From: Takakia lepidozioides
Taxonomy: Eukaryota > Plantae > Bryophyta
Direction: 5' to 3'
Assembly: GCA_030704615.1 (NCBI GenBank)
Contig: CM060734.1
Span: forward strand, 434,001 to 498,000
DNA: 64,000 nt
This document shows, piece after piece, positions 13,401 through 28,632 of the stretch (position 1 is the first letter of the stretch; every line of letters begins with the position of its first letter). The translations under genes and the position numbers were made by a program. The notes under the pieces are model-generated. The model was not told the origin of the DNA and searched no databases. It saw nothing but the letters and a program-made list of their open reading frames with translations.

Positions 13401-16400
13401 CCTTGAAGGTACCTGAGATAAGCATAGAACATCTATAGGGCTTTCTGAATGCTGAAATTTTGAGCTAGGCCTTGGTAAGACAGCTTGCTGGAGTAGACGT
13501 GTACACCTTATACATGATCCGGTCAATGCACATTACTCTTGTTTGCCGGTCCCCTGTAGCCGATGCCTTATGTCAGATTTAGATACCTCATGATAAGAAA
13601 TGAGTTCCATTTCTTTGGCTCAAATGTTTCCATGTTTCTCCTGGTTATGGCTTTGCTCTTTAAGCACACATAAAAAAATACCCAATTATGATGTGCTGCT
13701 GGTAGATGTTTGTCTGAATATAAACCAGGCGGTAAACCCCTGCCAGACTTCATCACCTAAGTCCCAATACCTGCCCCTTTGGTTTTGTACACCCAAAACA
13801 AGGGGTGGGTAAACACTAAAAGTCTGATATAAGATTTCCCGATTGTTACTTTATGACAATCATTAGGGCGACTATCTCTTGTTCCCTATGGCATACTGAT
13901 GTGACAATGGAGCAACGATATGACAGCTGATGGCTTTAAAGAGATCTGGTAACATGCTACAATGTAGGGCAGACCTGTTTTCATGACCAGACAGTGTTCT
14001 TGAATGTACAAGCATTGGAAACTTAGCCTCTTTTAGAAGCTGGTTACTTTAGGACACTTGATACCATGCCAAACTGATATGGATGGATCTTTCGTGGCCA
14101 AATCCGGTCCTTTGGTTATATGCCCTCGAATGTTTACCTATTTTCCAAAACGGTAAGACATTGGTAGATGTGAAGAGAATGATTCGGGCATTGTATTCAA
14201 GTTGCTTTAGGATAAATAGTACCAAAGTAACCTGCAGGCCCGATGGGATGAGCAATTCAGATTCTTTGTGTTCCTATGGATGATTGCATGGCATGTAAAT
14301 CTGATTACAGCCTGTTATGGTAATGATTCCCTACCCCAGACATAGAACTTGGTCTTGGGGCATGGAATAAGAGGTGGGAATATTACTCTACCCTACCATT
14401 TGAAAATTACACACCAGCCCCCAGATCTAAAACAGATCATGGGGCAAAAAACATGGTGCAATAAGTGACTTGATGTGCGAAAATAGGGCAGCTGATTACA
14501 CCCCGTGTATAAAGCTGCCAAATATTCAGTCCGTAACCCTGCGGTGATGTTCTCTATGTAAAAGAAATGCTCTTATTTTGTTCTTACGCCTTCTACGATC
14601 ATAAATGGCTTCTTTAAGACCAACAGACATTTCCAGCCATGAAACAGTGATCAATGGATCTTTATTTGGACATGGATACTTACTGCTCAGTCACTTTGGT
14701 ATGTCCAATGATACAAAGAACCCAAAACTATACTAGTTCTTGGCCAACAATAAATTAGGATGGTTGGTTATGCCTTGGTATGTAAGCTGACCAAAAAATA
14801 CAGACCGAATGACATGGCATGTCATGAATGGCACTTTTTAGGCATGCTGAACAACGGTTTCCTGCTATGAACAGTGGAATTGAGTCTCTAATTTTTCCCA
14901 CCAGAGGACTTCATTGACTTTGAAGTCTGGGATTTGTCATAAAGCTGACTTGTGAATGAAGAATGGTTGATAATGAGCTGATTCGTCGTTAATTTTACAA
15001 TGACCTTGTCAGGTCTTTGTCCATGTCTCGACGAGACATAAGTATCTTCCCTCTCTGATTTAGACAGTGACTTGGTGGTTCTTGTACACATTATCAACAA
15101 TCTCCCTTCTGTTCAGTTTTTTATGTTGATTTACTAACACCTTGGTCTGAGCATGAAAAAGGTTATCAATATATGTTCCATGATCGAAGTGATGAACCCC
15201 AAGGCAATGGGAAGGGCCAAAGCATGAGATATAGCCTCCTCTCCCGCCATGACCATGGTGTGGAGGCACGCAAGTCCTTCATAAGGAAGATCTTCTCCAG
15301 CAAAAATATGTTGGCTAATTTGGTCATGGAGGAGTAAGGCATCCTCGAAGGTACCTGAGATAAGCATAGAACATCTATAGGGCTCTGATGATGAATGAAA
15401 TTTGAGCTAGGCCTTGGTAAGACAGCTTGCTGGAGTAGACGTGTACACCTTAGACATGATCGGTCAATGCACATTACTCTTGTTGCCGGTCCCCTGTGCC
15501 GATGCCTTATGTCAGATTTAGATACCTCATGATAAGAATGAGTTCCATTTCTTTGGCTCAAAATGTTTCATGTTTCTCCTGGTCATGGCTTTGCTCTTTA
15601 TAGACACCAATAAAAAATACCCAATTTATGATGTGATGCTGGTTAGATGTTTTGTTGAATATAACCAGGGAGGTAAAAACCCCTGCCGACTTCATCACCT
15701 AAGTCCCAATACCTGCCCCCTTTGGTTTTGTACACCAAAACAAGGGGTGGGTAAACACTAAAAGTCTGATATAAGATTCCCGATGTGTTACTTTATGACA
15801 ATCATTTAGGGCGACTATCTCTTGTTCCATATGGCATACTGATGTGACAATGGAGCAACGATATGACAAGCTGATGGCTTTAAAGAGATCTGGTAACATG
15901 CTACAATGTAGGGCAGACCTGTTTTCATGACCAGACAGTGTTCTTGAATGTACAAGCACTGGAAACTTAGCCTCTTTTAGAAGCTGGTTACTTTAGGACA
16001 CTTGATACCATGCCAAACTGATATGGATGGATCTTTCGTGGCCAAATCCGGTCCTTGGTTATATGCCCTCGAATGTTTACCTATTTTCCAAAACGGTAAG
16101 ACATTGGTAGATGTGAAGAGAATGATTCGGGCATTGTATTCAAGTTGCTTTAGGATAAATAGTACCAAAGTAACCTGCAGGCCCGATGGGATGAGCAATT
16201 CAGATTCTTTGTGTTTCCTATGGATGATTGCATGGCATGTAAATCTGATTACAGCCTGTCATGGTAATGATTTCCCTACCCCAGACATAGAACTTGGTCT
16301 TGGGGCATGGAATAGAGGTGGGAATATTACTCTACCCTACCATTGAAATTACACACCAGCCCCAGATCTAAAACAGATCATGGGGCAAAAACATGGTGTC

Positions 16401-19400
16401 AATAAGTGACTTGATGTGCGAAATAGGGCAGCTGATTACACCCCGTTGTATAAGCTGCCAAATATTCAGTCCGTAACCCTGCTTTGGTGATGTTCTCTAT
16501 GTAAAGAAATGCTCTTATTTTGTTCTTACGCCTTCTACGATCATAAATGGCTTCTTTAAGACCAACAGACATTTCCAGCCATGAACAGTGATCAATGGAT
16601 CTTTATTTGGACATGGATACTTACTGCTCAGTCACTTTGGTATGTCCAATGATACAAAGAACCCAAAACTATACTAGTTCTTGGGCCAACAATAAATTAG
16701 GATGGTTGGTTATGCCTTGGTATGTAAGCTGACCAAAAATACAGACCGAATGACATGGCATGTCATGAATGGCACTTTTTAGCATGCTGAACAACGGTTT
16801 CCTGCTATGAACAGTGGTAATTGAGTCTCTAATTTTTCCCACCCAGAGACTTCATTGACTTTGAAGTCTGGGATTTGTCATAAAGCTGACTTGTGAATGA
16901 AGAATGGTTGATAATGAGGCTGATTCGTCGTTAATTTTACAATGACCTTGTCAGGTCTTTGTCCATGTCTCGACGAGACATAAGTATCTTCCCTCTCTGA
17001 TTTAGACCAGTGTACTTGGTGGTTCTTGTACACATTATCAACCAATCTCCCTTCTGTTTTCAGTTTTATGTTTGATTTACTAACACCTTGGTCTGAGCAT
17101 GACAAAAGGTTATCAATATATGTTCCTGATCGAAGTGATGAACCCAAGGCAATGGGAAGGCCAAAGCCATGAGATATCAGCCTCCTCTCCCGCCATGACC
17201 ATGGTGTGGAGCACGCAAGTCCTTCATAAGGTAAGATCTTCTCCAGCAAAAATATGTTGGCTAATTGGTCATGGAGAGTAAGGCATCCTCGAAGGTACCT
17301 GAGATAAGCATAGAACATCTATAGGGCTTCTGAATGCTGAAATTTTGAGCTAGGCCTTGGTAAGACAGCTTGCTGGAGTAGACGTGTACACCTCATACAT
17401 GATCCGGTCAATGCACATTACTCTTGTTTGCCGGTCCCCTGTAGCCGATGCCTTATGTCAGATTTAGATACCTCATGATAAGAATGAGTTCCATTTCTTT
17501 GGCTCAAATGTTTCCATGTTTCTCCTGGTTATGGCTTTGCTCTTTATAGCACCATAAAAAAAATACCCAATTATGATGTGCTGCTGGTAGATGTTTTGTC
17601 TGAATATAACCAGGCGGTAAACCCCTGCCAGACTTCATCACCTAAGTCCCAATACCTGCCCCCTTTGGTTTTGTACACCCAAAACAAGGGGTGGGTAAAC
17701 ACTAAAAGTCTGATATAAGATTTCCCGATTGTTACTTTATGACAATCATTAGGGCGACTATCTCTTGTTCCCTATGGCATACTGATGTGACAATGGAGCA
17801 ACGATATGACAAGCTGATGGCTTTAAAGAGATCTGGTAACATGCTACAATGTAGGGCAGACCTGTTTTCATGACCAGACAGTGTTCTTGAATGTACAAGC
17901 ATTGGAAACTTAGCCTCTTTTAGAAGCTGGTTACTTTAGGACACTTGATACCATGCCAAACTGATATGGATGGATCTTTCGTGGCCAAATCCGGTCCTTG
18001 GTTATATGCCCTCGAATGTTTACCTATTTTCCAAAACGGTAAGACATTGGTAGATGTGAAGAGAATGATTCGGGCATTGTATTCAAGTTGCTTTAGGATA
18101 AATAGTACCAAAGTAACCTGCAGGCCCGATGGGATGAGCAATTCAGATTCTTTGTGTTTCCTATGGATGATTGCATGGCATGTAAATCTGATTACAGCCT
18201 GTCATGGTAATGATTTCCCTACCCCAGACATAGAACTTGGTCTTGGGGCATGGAATAAGAGGTGGGAATATTACTCTACCCTACCATTGAAATTACACAC
18301 CAGCCCCAGATCTAAAACAGATCATGGGGCAAAAAACATGGTGTCAATAAGTGACTTGATGTGCGAAATAGGGCAGCTGATTACACCCCGTTGTATAAGC
18401 TGCCAAATATTCAGTCCGTAACCCTGCTTTGGTGATGTTCTCTATGTAAAGAAATGCTCTTATTTTGTTCTTACGCCTTCTACGATCATAAATGGCTTCT
18501 TTAAGACCAACAGACATTTCCAGCCATGAACAGTGATCAATGGATCTTTATTTGGACATGGATACTTACTGCTCAGTCACTTTGGTATGTCCAATGATAC
18601 AAAGAACCCAAAACTATACTAGTTCTTGGGCCAACAATAAATTAGGATGGTTGGTTATGCCTTGGTATGTAAGCTGACCAAAAAATACAGACCGAATGAC
18701 ATGGCATGTCATGAATGGCACTTTTTAGCATGCTGAACAACGGTTTCCTGCTATGAACAGTGGTAATTGAGTCTCTAATTTTTCCCACCCAGAGACTTCA
18801 TTGACTTTGAAGTCTGGGATTTGTCATAAAGCTGACTTGTGAATGAAGAATGGTTGATAATGAGGCTGATTCGTCGTTAATTTTACAATGACCTTGTCAG
18901 GTCTTTGTCCATGTCTCGACGAGACATAAGTATCTTCCCTCTCTGATTTAGACCAGTGTACTTGGTGGTTCTTGTACACATTATCAACCAATCTCCCTTC
19001 TGTTTTCAGTTTTATGTTTGATTTACTAACACCTTGGTCTGAGCATGACAAAAGGTTATCAATATATGTTCCTGATCGAAGTGATGAACCCAAGGCAATG
19101 GGAAGGCCAAAGCCATGAGATATCAGCCTCCTCTCCCGCCATGACCATGGTGTGGAGCAAGCAAGTCCTTCATAAGGTAAGATCTTCTCCAGCAAAAATA
19201 TGTTGGCTAATTGGTCATGGAGAGTAAGGCGTCCTCGAAGGTACCTGAGATAAGCATAGAACATCTATAGGGCTTCTGAATGCTGAAATTTTGAGCTAGG
19301 CCTTGGTAAGACAGCTTGCTGGAGTAGACGTGTACACCTCATACATGATCCGGTCAATGCACATTACTCTTGTTTGCCGGTCCCCTGTAGCCGATGCCTT

Positions 19401-22400
19401 ATGTCAGATTTAGATACCTCATGATAAGAATGAGTTCCATTTCTTTGGCTCAAATGTTTCCATGTTTCTCCTGGTTATGGCTTTGCTCTTTATAGCACCA
19501 TAAAAAAAATACCCAATTATGATGTGCTGCTGGTAGATGTTTTGTCTGAATATAACCAGGCGGTAAACCCCTGCCAGACTTCATCACCTAAGTCCCAATA
19601 CCTGCCCCCTTTGGTTTTGTACACCCAAAACAAGGGGTGGGTAAACACTAAAAGTCTGATATAAGATTTCCCGATTGTTACTTTATGACAATCATTAGGG
19701 CGACTATCTCTTGTTCCCTATGGCATACTGATGTGACAATGGAGCAACGATATGACAAGCTGATGGCTTTAAAGAGATCTGGTAACATGCTACAATGTAG
19801 GGCAGACCTGTTTTCATGACCAGACAGTGTTCTTGAATGTACAAGCACTGGAAACTTAGCCTCTTTTAGAAGCTGGTTACTTTAGGACACTTGATACCAT
19901 GCCAAACTGATATGGATGGATCTTTCGTGGCCAAATCCGGTCCTTGGTTATATGCCCTCGAATGTTTACCTATTTTCCAAAACGGTAAGACATTGGTAGA
20001 TGTGAAGAGAATGATTCGGGCATTGTATTCAAGTTGCTTTAGGATAAATAGTACCAAAGTAACCTGCAGGCCCGATGGGATGAGCAATTCAGATTCTTTG
20101 TGTTTCCTATGGATGATTGCATGGCATGTAAATCTGATTACAGCCTGTTATGGTAATGATTTCCCTACCCCAGACATAGAACTTGGTCTTGGGGCATGGA
20201 ATAAGAGGTGGGAATATTACTCTACCCTACCATTGAAATTACACACCAGCCCCAGATCTAAAACAGATCATGGGGCAAAAAACATGGTGTCAATAAGTGA
20301 CTTGATGTGCGAAATAGGGCAGCTGATTACACCCCGTTGTATAAGCTGCCAAATATTCAGTCCGTAACCCTGCTTTGGTGATGTTCTCTATGTAAAGAAA
20401 TGCTCTTATTTTGTTCTTACGCCTTCTACGATCATAAATGGCTTCTTTAAGACCAACAGACATTTCCAGCCATGAACAGTGATCAATGGATCTTTATTTG
20501 GACATGGATACTTACTGCTCAGTCACTTTGGTATGTCCAATGATACAAAGAACCCAAAACTATACTAGTTCTTGGGCCAACAATAAATTAGGATGGTTGG
20601 TTATGCCTTGGTATGTAAGCTGACCAAAAAATACAGACCGAATGACATGGCATGTCATGAATGGCACTTTTTAGCATGCTGAACAACGGTTTCCTGCTAT
20701 GAACAGTGGTAATTGAGTCTCTAATTTTTCCCACCCAGAGACTTCATTGACTTTGAAGTCTGGGATTTGTCATAAAGCTGACTTGTGAATGAAGAATGGT
20801 TGATAATGAGGCTGATTCGTCGTTAATTTTACAATGACCTTGTCAGGTCTTTGTCCATGTCTCGACGAGACATAAGTATCTTCCCTCTCTGATTTAGACC
20901 AGTGTACTTGGTGGTTCTTGTACACATTATCAACCAATCTCCCTTCTGTTTTCAGTTTTATGTTTGATTTACTAACACCTTGGTCTGAGCATGACAAAAG
21001 GTTATCAATATATGTTCCTGATCGAAGTGATGAACCCAAGGCAATGGGAAGGCCAAAGCCATGAGATATCAGCCTCCTCTCCCGCCATGACCATGGTGTG
21101 GAGCAAGCAAGTCCTTCATAAGGTAAGATCTTCTCCAGCAAAAATATGTTGGCTAATTGGTCATGGAGAGTAAGGCGTCCTTGAAGGTACCTGAGATAAG
21201 CATAGAACATCTATAGGGCTTCTGAATGCTGAAATTTTGAGCTAGGCCTTGGTAAGACAGCTTGCTGGAGTAGACGTGTACACCTCATACATGATCCGGT
21301 CAATGCACATTACTCTTGTTTGCCGGTCCCCTGTAGCCGATGCCTTATGTCAGATTTAGATACCTCATGATAAGAATGAGTTCCATTTCTTTGGCTCAAA
21401 TGTTTCCATGTTTCTCCTGGTTATGGCTTTGCTCTTTATAGCACCATAAAAAAAATACCCAATTATGATGTGCTGCTGGTAGATGTTTTGTCTGAATATA
21501 ACCAGGCGGTAAACCCCTGCCAGACTTCATCACCTAAGTCCCAATACCTGCCCCCTTTGGTTTTGTACACCCAAAACAAGGGGTGGGTAAACACTAAAAG
21601 TCTGATATAAGATTTCCCGATTGTTACTTTATGACAATCATTAGGGCGACTATCTCTTGTTCCCTATGGCATACTGATGTGACAATGGAGCAACGATATG
21701 ACAAGCTGATGGCTTTAAAGAGATCTGGTAACATGCTACAATGTAGGGCAGACCTGTTTTCATGACCAGACAGTGTTCTTGAATGTACAAGCATTGGAAA
21801 CTTAGCCTCTTTTAGAAGCTGGTTACTTTAGGACACTTGATACCATGCCAAACTGATATGGATGGATCTTTCGTGGCCAAATCCGGTCCTTGGTTATATG
21901 CCCTCGAATGTTTACCTATTTTCCAAAACGGTAAGACATTGGTAGATGTGAAGAGAATGATTCGGGCATTGTATTCAAGTTGCTTTAGGATAAATAGTAC
22001 CAAAGTAACCTGCAGGCCCGATGGGATGAGCAATTCAGATTCTTTGTGTTTCCTATGGATGATTGCATGGCATGTAAATCTGATTACAGCCTGTCATGGT
22101 AATGATTTCCCTACCCCAGACATAGAACTTGGTCTTGGGGCATGGAATAAGAGGTGGGAATATTACTCTACCCTACCATTGAAATTACACACCAGCCCCA
22201 GATCTAAAACAGATCATGGGGCAAAAAACATGGTGTCAATAAGTGACTTGATGTGCGAAATAGGGCAGCTGATTACACCCCGTTGTATAAGCTGCCAAAT
22301 ATTCAGTCCGTAACCCTGCTTTGGTGATGTTCTCTATGTAAAGAAATGCTCTTATTTTGTTCTTACGCCTTCTACGATCATAAATGGCTTCTTTAAGACC

Positions 22401-24121
22401 AACAGACATTTCCAGCCATGAACAGTGATCAATGGATCTTTATTTGGACATGGATACTTACTGCTCAGTCACTTTGGTATGTCCAATGATACAAAGAACC
22501 CAAAACTATACTAGTTCTTGGGCCAACAATAAATTAGGATGGTTGGTTATGCCTTGGTATGTAAGCTGACCAAAAAATACAGACCGAATGACATGGCATG
22601 TCATGAATGGCACTTTTTAGCATGCTGAACAACGGTTTCCTGCTATGAACAGTGGTAATTGAGTCTCTAATTTTTCCCACCCAGAGACTTCATTGACTTT
22701 GAAGTCTGGGATTTGTCATAAAGCTGACTTGTGAATGAAGAATGGTTGATAATGAGGCTGATTCGTCGTTAATTTTACAATGACCTTGTCAGGTCTTTGT
22801 CCATGTCTCGACGAGACATAAGTATCTTCCCTCTCTGATTTAGACCAGTGTACTTGGTGGTTCTTGTACACATTATCAACCAATCTCCCTTCTGTTTTCA
22901 GTTTTATGTTTGATTTACTAACACCTTGGTCTGAGCATGACAAAAGGTTATCAATATATGTTCCTGATCGAAGTGATGAACCCAAGGCAATGGGAAGGCC
23001 AAAGCCATGAGATATCAGCCTCCTCTCCCGCCATGACCATGGTGTGGAGCAAGCAAGTCCTTCATAAGGTAAGATCTTCTCCAGCAAAAATATGTTGGCT
23101 AATTGGTCATGGAGAGTAAGGCATCCTCGAAGGTACCTGAGATAAGCATAGAACATCTATAGGGCTTCTGAATGCTGAAATTTTGAGCTAGGCCTTGGTA
23201 AGACAGCTTGCTGGAGTAGACGTGTACACCTCATACATGATCCGGTCAATGCACATTACTCTTGTTTGCCGGTCCCCTGTAGCCGATGCCTTATGTCAGA
23301 TTTAGATACCTCATGATAAGAATGAGTTCCATTTCTTTGGCTCAAATGTTTCCATGTTTCTCCTGGTCATGGCTTTGCTCTTTATAGCACCATAAAAAAA
23401 TACCCAATTATGATGTGCTGCTGGTAGATGTTTTGTCTGAATATAACCAGGCGGTAAACCCCTGCCAGACTTCATCACCTAAGTCCCAATACCTGCCCCC
23501 TTTGGTTTTGTACACCCAAAACAAGGGGTGGGTAAACACTAAAAGTCTGATATAAGATTTCCCGATTGTTACTTTATGACAATCATTAGGGCGACTATCT
23601 CTTGTTCCCTATGGCATACTGATGTGACAATGGAGCAACGATATGACAAGCTGATGGCTTTAAAGAGATCTGGTAACATGCTACAATGTAGGGCAGACCT
23701 GTTTTCATGACCAGACAGTGTTCTTGAATGTACAAGCACTGGAAACTTAGCCTCTTTTAGAAGCTGGTTACTTTAGGACACTTGATACCATGCCAAACTG
23801 ATATGGATGGATCTTTCGTGGCCAAATCCGGTCCTTGGTTATATGCCCTCGAATGTTTACCTATTTTCCAAAACGGTAAGACATTGGTAGATGTGAAGAG
23901 AATGATTCGGGCATTGTATTCAAGTTGCTTTAGGATAAATAGTACCAAAGTAACCTGCAGGCCCGATGGGATGAGCAATTCAGATTCTTTGTGTTTCCTA
24001 TGGATGATTGCATGGCATGTAAATCTGATTACAGCCTGTCATGGTAATGATTTCCCTACCCCAGACATAGAACTTGGTCTTGGGGCATGGAATAAGAGGT
24101 GGGAATATTACTCTACCCTGC
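7405..24121 (+). repeat. Macrosatellite tandem array, ~1946-bp unit, ~8.6 copies
   Basis: Identical ORFs recur at 17920, 19866, 21812 and 23757 (period 1945-1946); copies are nearly identical. Confidence 0.98.
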
Positions 24122-25196
24122 TGTTAGAGGACTGTAGGGGACTTAGACACTTATACGGGATCTGTAGGGTACCCTTAATTTTTGCACAGACTGAGATAAA
24201 CAGGAACCTTAGGGGTGACAGCAGCGCACTGTAGAGGGGGGTTACATAGCCCACACAGCCGACACAGCAGTCACAGCCCACACAGCCAACACAGCCCGTC
24301 ATAGTCGTCACAACCCACACAGCCAACACAGCCCGTCACAGTCGTCACAGCCCACACAGCCGACACAGCCGTCACAGCCCACACAGCCAACACAGCCCGT
24401 CACAGTCGTCACAGCCCACACAGCCGACACAGCCCACACAGCCAACACAGCCCGTCACAGTCGTCACAGCCCACACAGCCCACACAGCCCGTCACAGTCG
24501 TCACAGCAGACACAGCCCACACAGCCAGTCACAGCCCGACACAGCCAAACACAGCCAGTCACCGCTTGACACAGCTGTCACGATAATAGGGAACGAAGAG
24601 TAGGACAGGGAACAACTGTGGGGAACAACACCAGTGAAGGGAACGTGTTAGTTCACATACGACGGTTAGAGAGGGAAACGGTTAGAACCGCGGATAGGAG
24701 GATAAAGGGAAGAACGGGGAATAGGAAGGGGATCATTATTCGGGGAGGACTTCGGAGACAGGCGGGAGCGGAGATCGGAGAGCACGATGAAGGAGGAAAG
24801 AGGATTAGTAGATGCTTGTCATATGCAAAGCTAGAGTGATATTGTAGAGCAGATTAGAGACATAATGGCTTCGGCCTGATACCTGATAAATCATAATCTG
24901 ATACTTATACGATACAATCACACTGTGTAGAGAGATCTGAGTGAAGATGTGGATTGAATGGAGGAGTTAAGGAAACCGATAAATTGATGAAGCAAACTGA
25001 TACTTAATTATCAATGGTAAGGTAGCTAAGATGAATGCGGAAAAGGAAACAAATAGGAAACACCCCCATGATACACTAGCTGTAGGTCATGACTGATTGT
25101 TCTGCGCGGGCTGAGTACTTAGAGATTTCCAACTCTTCTATCTTGGAGTTTCCGCCTCGGATAGCGAAGGGATGGGTGAGTAAAAGCCGCGCGACA
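24122..25196 (+). repeat. 5' LTR (~1075 bp)
   Basis: tgttagaggactg...gccgcgcgaca; near-identical to 35495-36597. Confidence 0.96.
24246..24580 (+). repeat. CA-rich minisatellite inside the LTR (CACACAGCC / GTCACAGTCGTCACAGCC units); also at ~35615-35985
   Basis: Directly visible tandem repeats. Confidence 0.93.
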
Positions 25197-25198
25197 TT

Positions 25199-25216
25199 TG
25201 GCGACCATACTGGGGA
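25199..25216 (+). promoter_or_regulatory. Primer-binding site, probably tRNA-Arg type
   Basis: TGGCGACCATACTGGGGA 2 nt after the LTR end; TGGCGACCA is complementary to the ...UGGUCG-CCA 3' end I recall for plant tRNA-Arg(UCG). Confidence 0.75.
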
Positions 25217-25783
25217 CCTGGGACATGAACAACCAGATGTGACAGGCATCTGGTGGGATCATGGTGGTTGGACCATTAAAGAGTTTGAAGTGAATCAAAT
25301 TCCCTGTGGAACGAAGGAAGAAAGATTGTCCAAACAATTCTTTCAAAGGTTCTTGGAATTGCCAGACGGATGTAAAGAAAATATTCTTAAACGAGTGCAT
25401 GATGCTGATCCAGAATGGGGTCTGGAGAAAGGAGTGATAAAGATTTATCAGGTAGCCTGTAGAGGAAGAGCACGTTGGTTACCAACATTAGTTTATGTGA
25501 TAGCGTTGCTATCCATTAAACGAGTAGAGTTTGAAGGTGGGAAGAAAGAAAGGTGAATGTTTATACTCATATGCATGAAGAGCTTGTACTGGTAAAGAAT
25601 TGGATTCCAAAGGATATTTTGTGGATCAAACTCACACCAAGAACAGCTTTTCAGACTTGTTTGCCATATGGTTATATGGTAACGGAGACTTCAAGTATAG
25701 CCAAAGGTGCATTGAAGCTTGAAAGAAATCCAGGCATATACGAGAGATATTACAGAAGAGAGTTTTGGTTATTGCCACATTAA
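25200..25783 (+). CDS. Extra ORF upstream of gag (two frames, one frameshift), function unknown
   Basis: ~190 protein-like codons between PBS and gag (ORFs 25089-25556 and 25553-25783); start uncertain; may be an N-terminal gag extension. Confidence 0.45.
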
Positions 25784-25804
25784 AAGAAATGAAAGACATG
25801 GGAC

Positions 25805-28632
25805 ATGAGTGATGAAAGAGAAGCTAGACGACAAAGATATTCATCAAAAAGAGAAAACTATCTGAAAGCTAATTATCCATATCTTTGGGAGAGAGGAATA
25901 GACATAGGGGAATCATCTGGACCTCTCACACCATCAAGATCAAAAAGTGCATCACCTATACCGGAAGAACTAGAGTTGGATGCCACTCCTTCTGTTTCTT
26001 TGCAAGAAAGATTAAGGGAATTGGTACAGGAAGAAGATCAATCACGAGGTGAAAGATCTGAGGTACATCCTTGGATAAAAGACTTGACAGAAATCTTTGA
26101 TAAGAGTTGGCATGGAACACCAAAAGCAGGAACTCCAGTTTCTGAAGCAGAGGATGTGGCAGAGCCAACGGAGAGTTCAGACTCTCCAACACCATTACAG
26201 TTGAGTTACATGAGTGAAGAAGAAACCCAAGGGCAGAACTTGGAGGATGAAAACAGAGAGAAGAAATTGGAAGAGGAAGAATATGAAGAAGTAGACCCAA
26301 CAGCTGAGGTTGAGACTACAACCAGGACATCCCAACCCGTTGGACCTGGATCAAGTGGAGCACTTGGATCACAGGCCAACGAAGGTGTCGGCTCAGGGGG
26401 ATCAGGCGGGCTGCCTGGATCTGGCTCTGGGGGGACAGGGAGTGTGGGAAGTAGTGCAACTGAAGCTGGGAATACTGTGAATATCGTGGGGCCAGAAGCA
26501 GGGAGTGCTCAAGGGCCACCACTTGGTGGAAGATCCACCACAAAAACAACAGGTCCAGAAGGACCAGCACCAGCAAGGGTGCCAGCACCTGTCAGTGGGC
26601 AGAAGGTAGGGCCACAGATGGCGTTACAACCAACACGGGCAAAACCACCCTTTCCAATATATTCAGGAAAAGGGGATCCCGATGTACACATTAGCCAATT
26701 TGAGCACATGTGTATAGTGAACAATGAGAATGGCGATGATGCCAAGATGAGACTGTTTCCTTGTTCACTTATCAAGAAAGCAAGTGAATGGTATGCAAGA
26801 TTCCCTGATAATCATTTCCTAACCTGGAATGGCTTGAATACAGCATTTCGAAATAGGTTCAGGACAAGTAAAACTGAGGATGAAGTGTATGGAAGTTTAC
26901 AACAGCTGAAGCAGAAGAAGCATGAAACTGTTGAAGAGTATATGGAGAAGATGGAATTGATGATGAAAAAGCGGCTGCAGTACCAGCACCCGGTTTACAG
27001 AAGACTTGGTTTGTGAGTGGACTAAGACCAGAGTTGCAGAAGAAAGTGGATATGTTACCCCATAATACAGTGGAGGAGGCATTTGAAACTGCAAACAGAA
27101 TTGAGCAATTGGGAATGCTCAGGAGAGAGAAAAAGGAAGATGAGGACTCTGAAGATGAGTCAGATGAAGAAGAAGAGCAAGAACTAAAAAGAAAGAGTAA
27201 GAGAAAGGAAAAGTTGAAGAGGGATAACTATGAGAAAAGATTGGAAGAAATCTTGAAGAAGTATGCCACAGAGGCTGCAACACATTGGAGGAAGGGTGTA
27301 TGGTGTGCAAAGTGCCAGAATGAAGGCCATACCACTACAGAATGCCACATGAAGGAGAAACACTGTACTATCTGTAAAATGGATAACCATTCTACTGAGA
27401 ATTGTTACTACAACAGAAGGACAGCTGCAAGAGAACCTAGGCAAGTGAGGGTGCATCAGGTGCAGCCCCAGCCAAGAAGAAGCAATGATCAGGACCACTA
27501 TGGTAGGTCTGGTGGTTATAACAATGGCATGGAAGGGAGAGGTAATTCAAGAGGGAATTACCAAGGAAATTCCAGAGGCAACTATCAGGGTAATCCAAGG
27601 GGGAATTACCAGCCCGGGAATCAGGATTATAGAAATAATCCAAGACCAGACCAAGGGCGAGGACCCAATGGTGAAGAGCTATGTTACTATTGTAATCAGC
27701 CAGGACATCGCAAGGCAGCCTGTTCATTCTGGATAAGACACCAGAATGAGATGAGAGCTCCTGTGAATGAGGGCCCAGTGGTGGCAGCTCACATGGTTAG
27801 GCCATGTGTTGTACCAGAAGTAAGTACAATGATAGTAACAAGAAGTAAAGCCAAACTAATACCTCCAGTAGAAGAGGAAGAAGATGAGACTGGAAGTGGC
27901 AATGATATGCCTGAAGATGAAGAGACTTGGAAGGATGAGAAGGAACTGCACAAGGAAGTGGCAGATACTATAAGGGAAATGCAAAAGAGTACTGATATTC
28001 CTGTGGCAGATTCCTCTGATTCGGATGGAGAAAAAGAGGGGAGTGAGGAAGAAAGGAAAAAAGAAGATGCAGACATGCAAAGTAATGAAGAGACTTTGGC
28101 TGAAGTAATATGTCAGACCAAAGCAGAAATTACCATTGGACAGCTATTAGCTGTGGCACCTTATTGTAGGCACAGGCTGTATCAGGCAATCAATCGAATT
28201 GCCCAAGAGACAGGAAACACAGACCTGAACAGCAAGGTGACCAGTTATAATGTGAAGCCGGAAGGGCGAGAACCAGTCATGGACTTTGATGATTCTATGC
28301 CAGTAATCCAATTGAGAATTGGAAGCACAGAACTAACTGATGTACTGATAGATGGTGGTTCTGGAGTAAATATCATGACAGACCAATTAAGGAAGAAGCT
28401 TGGTCTAAGTAACATGAAACCAGCCCCATTTACAGTAACAATGGCAGATCAAAGAAGTGTACAGCCATTGGGATTAATAAGAGGAGTTAAGATACAGATA
28501 CAGAAAATGATCTTTATGATCACAGTAACTGTATTAAAAATGGATGAAGTCATGGAGGCTTACTCCTTATTATTGGGACGTCCGTGGCTGAAACAGGCAG
28601 GGTATTCCATGACTGGAATTCTCAGTTACTAA
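25805..28632 (+). CDS. gag: Gag and aspartic protease (frameshift near 27000)
   Basis: Gag core YSGKGDPDVHISQF...LFPCSLIKKASEWY; three CCHC knuckles (CAKCQNEGHTTTEC, CTICKMDNHSTENC, CYYCNQPGHRKAAC); RGNYQG repeats; protease LIDGGSGVNIM...LLLGRPWL. Confidence 0.9.
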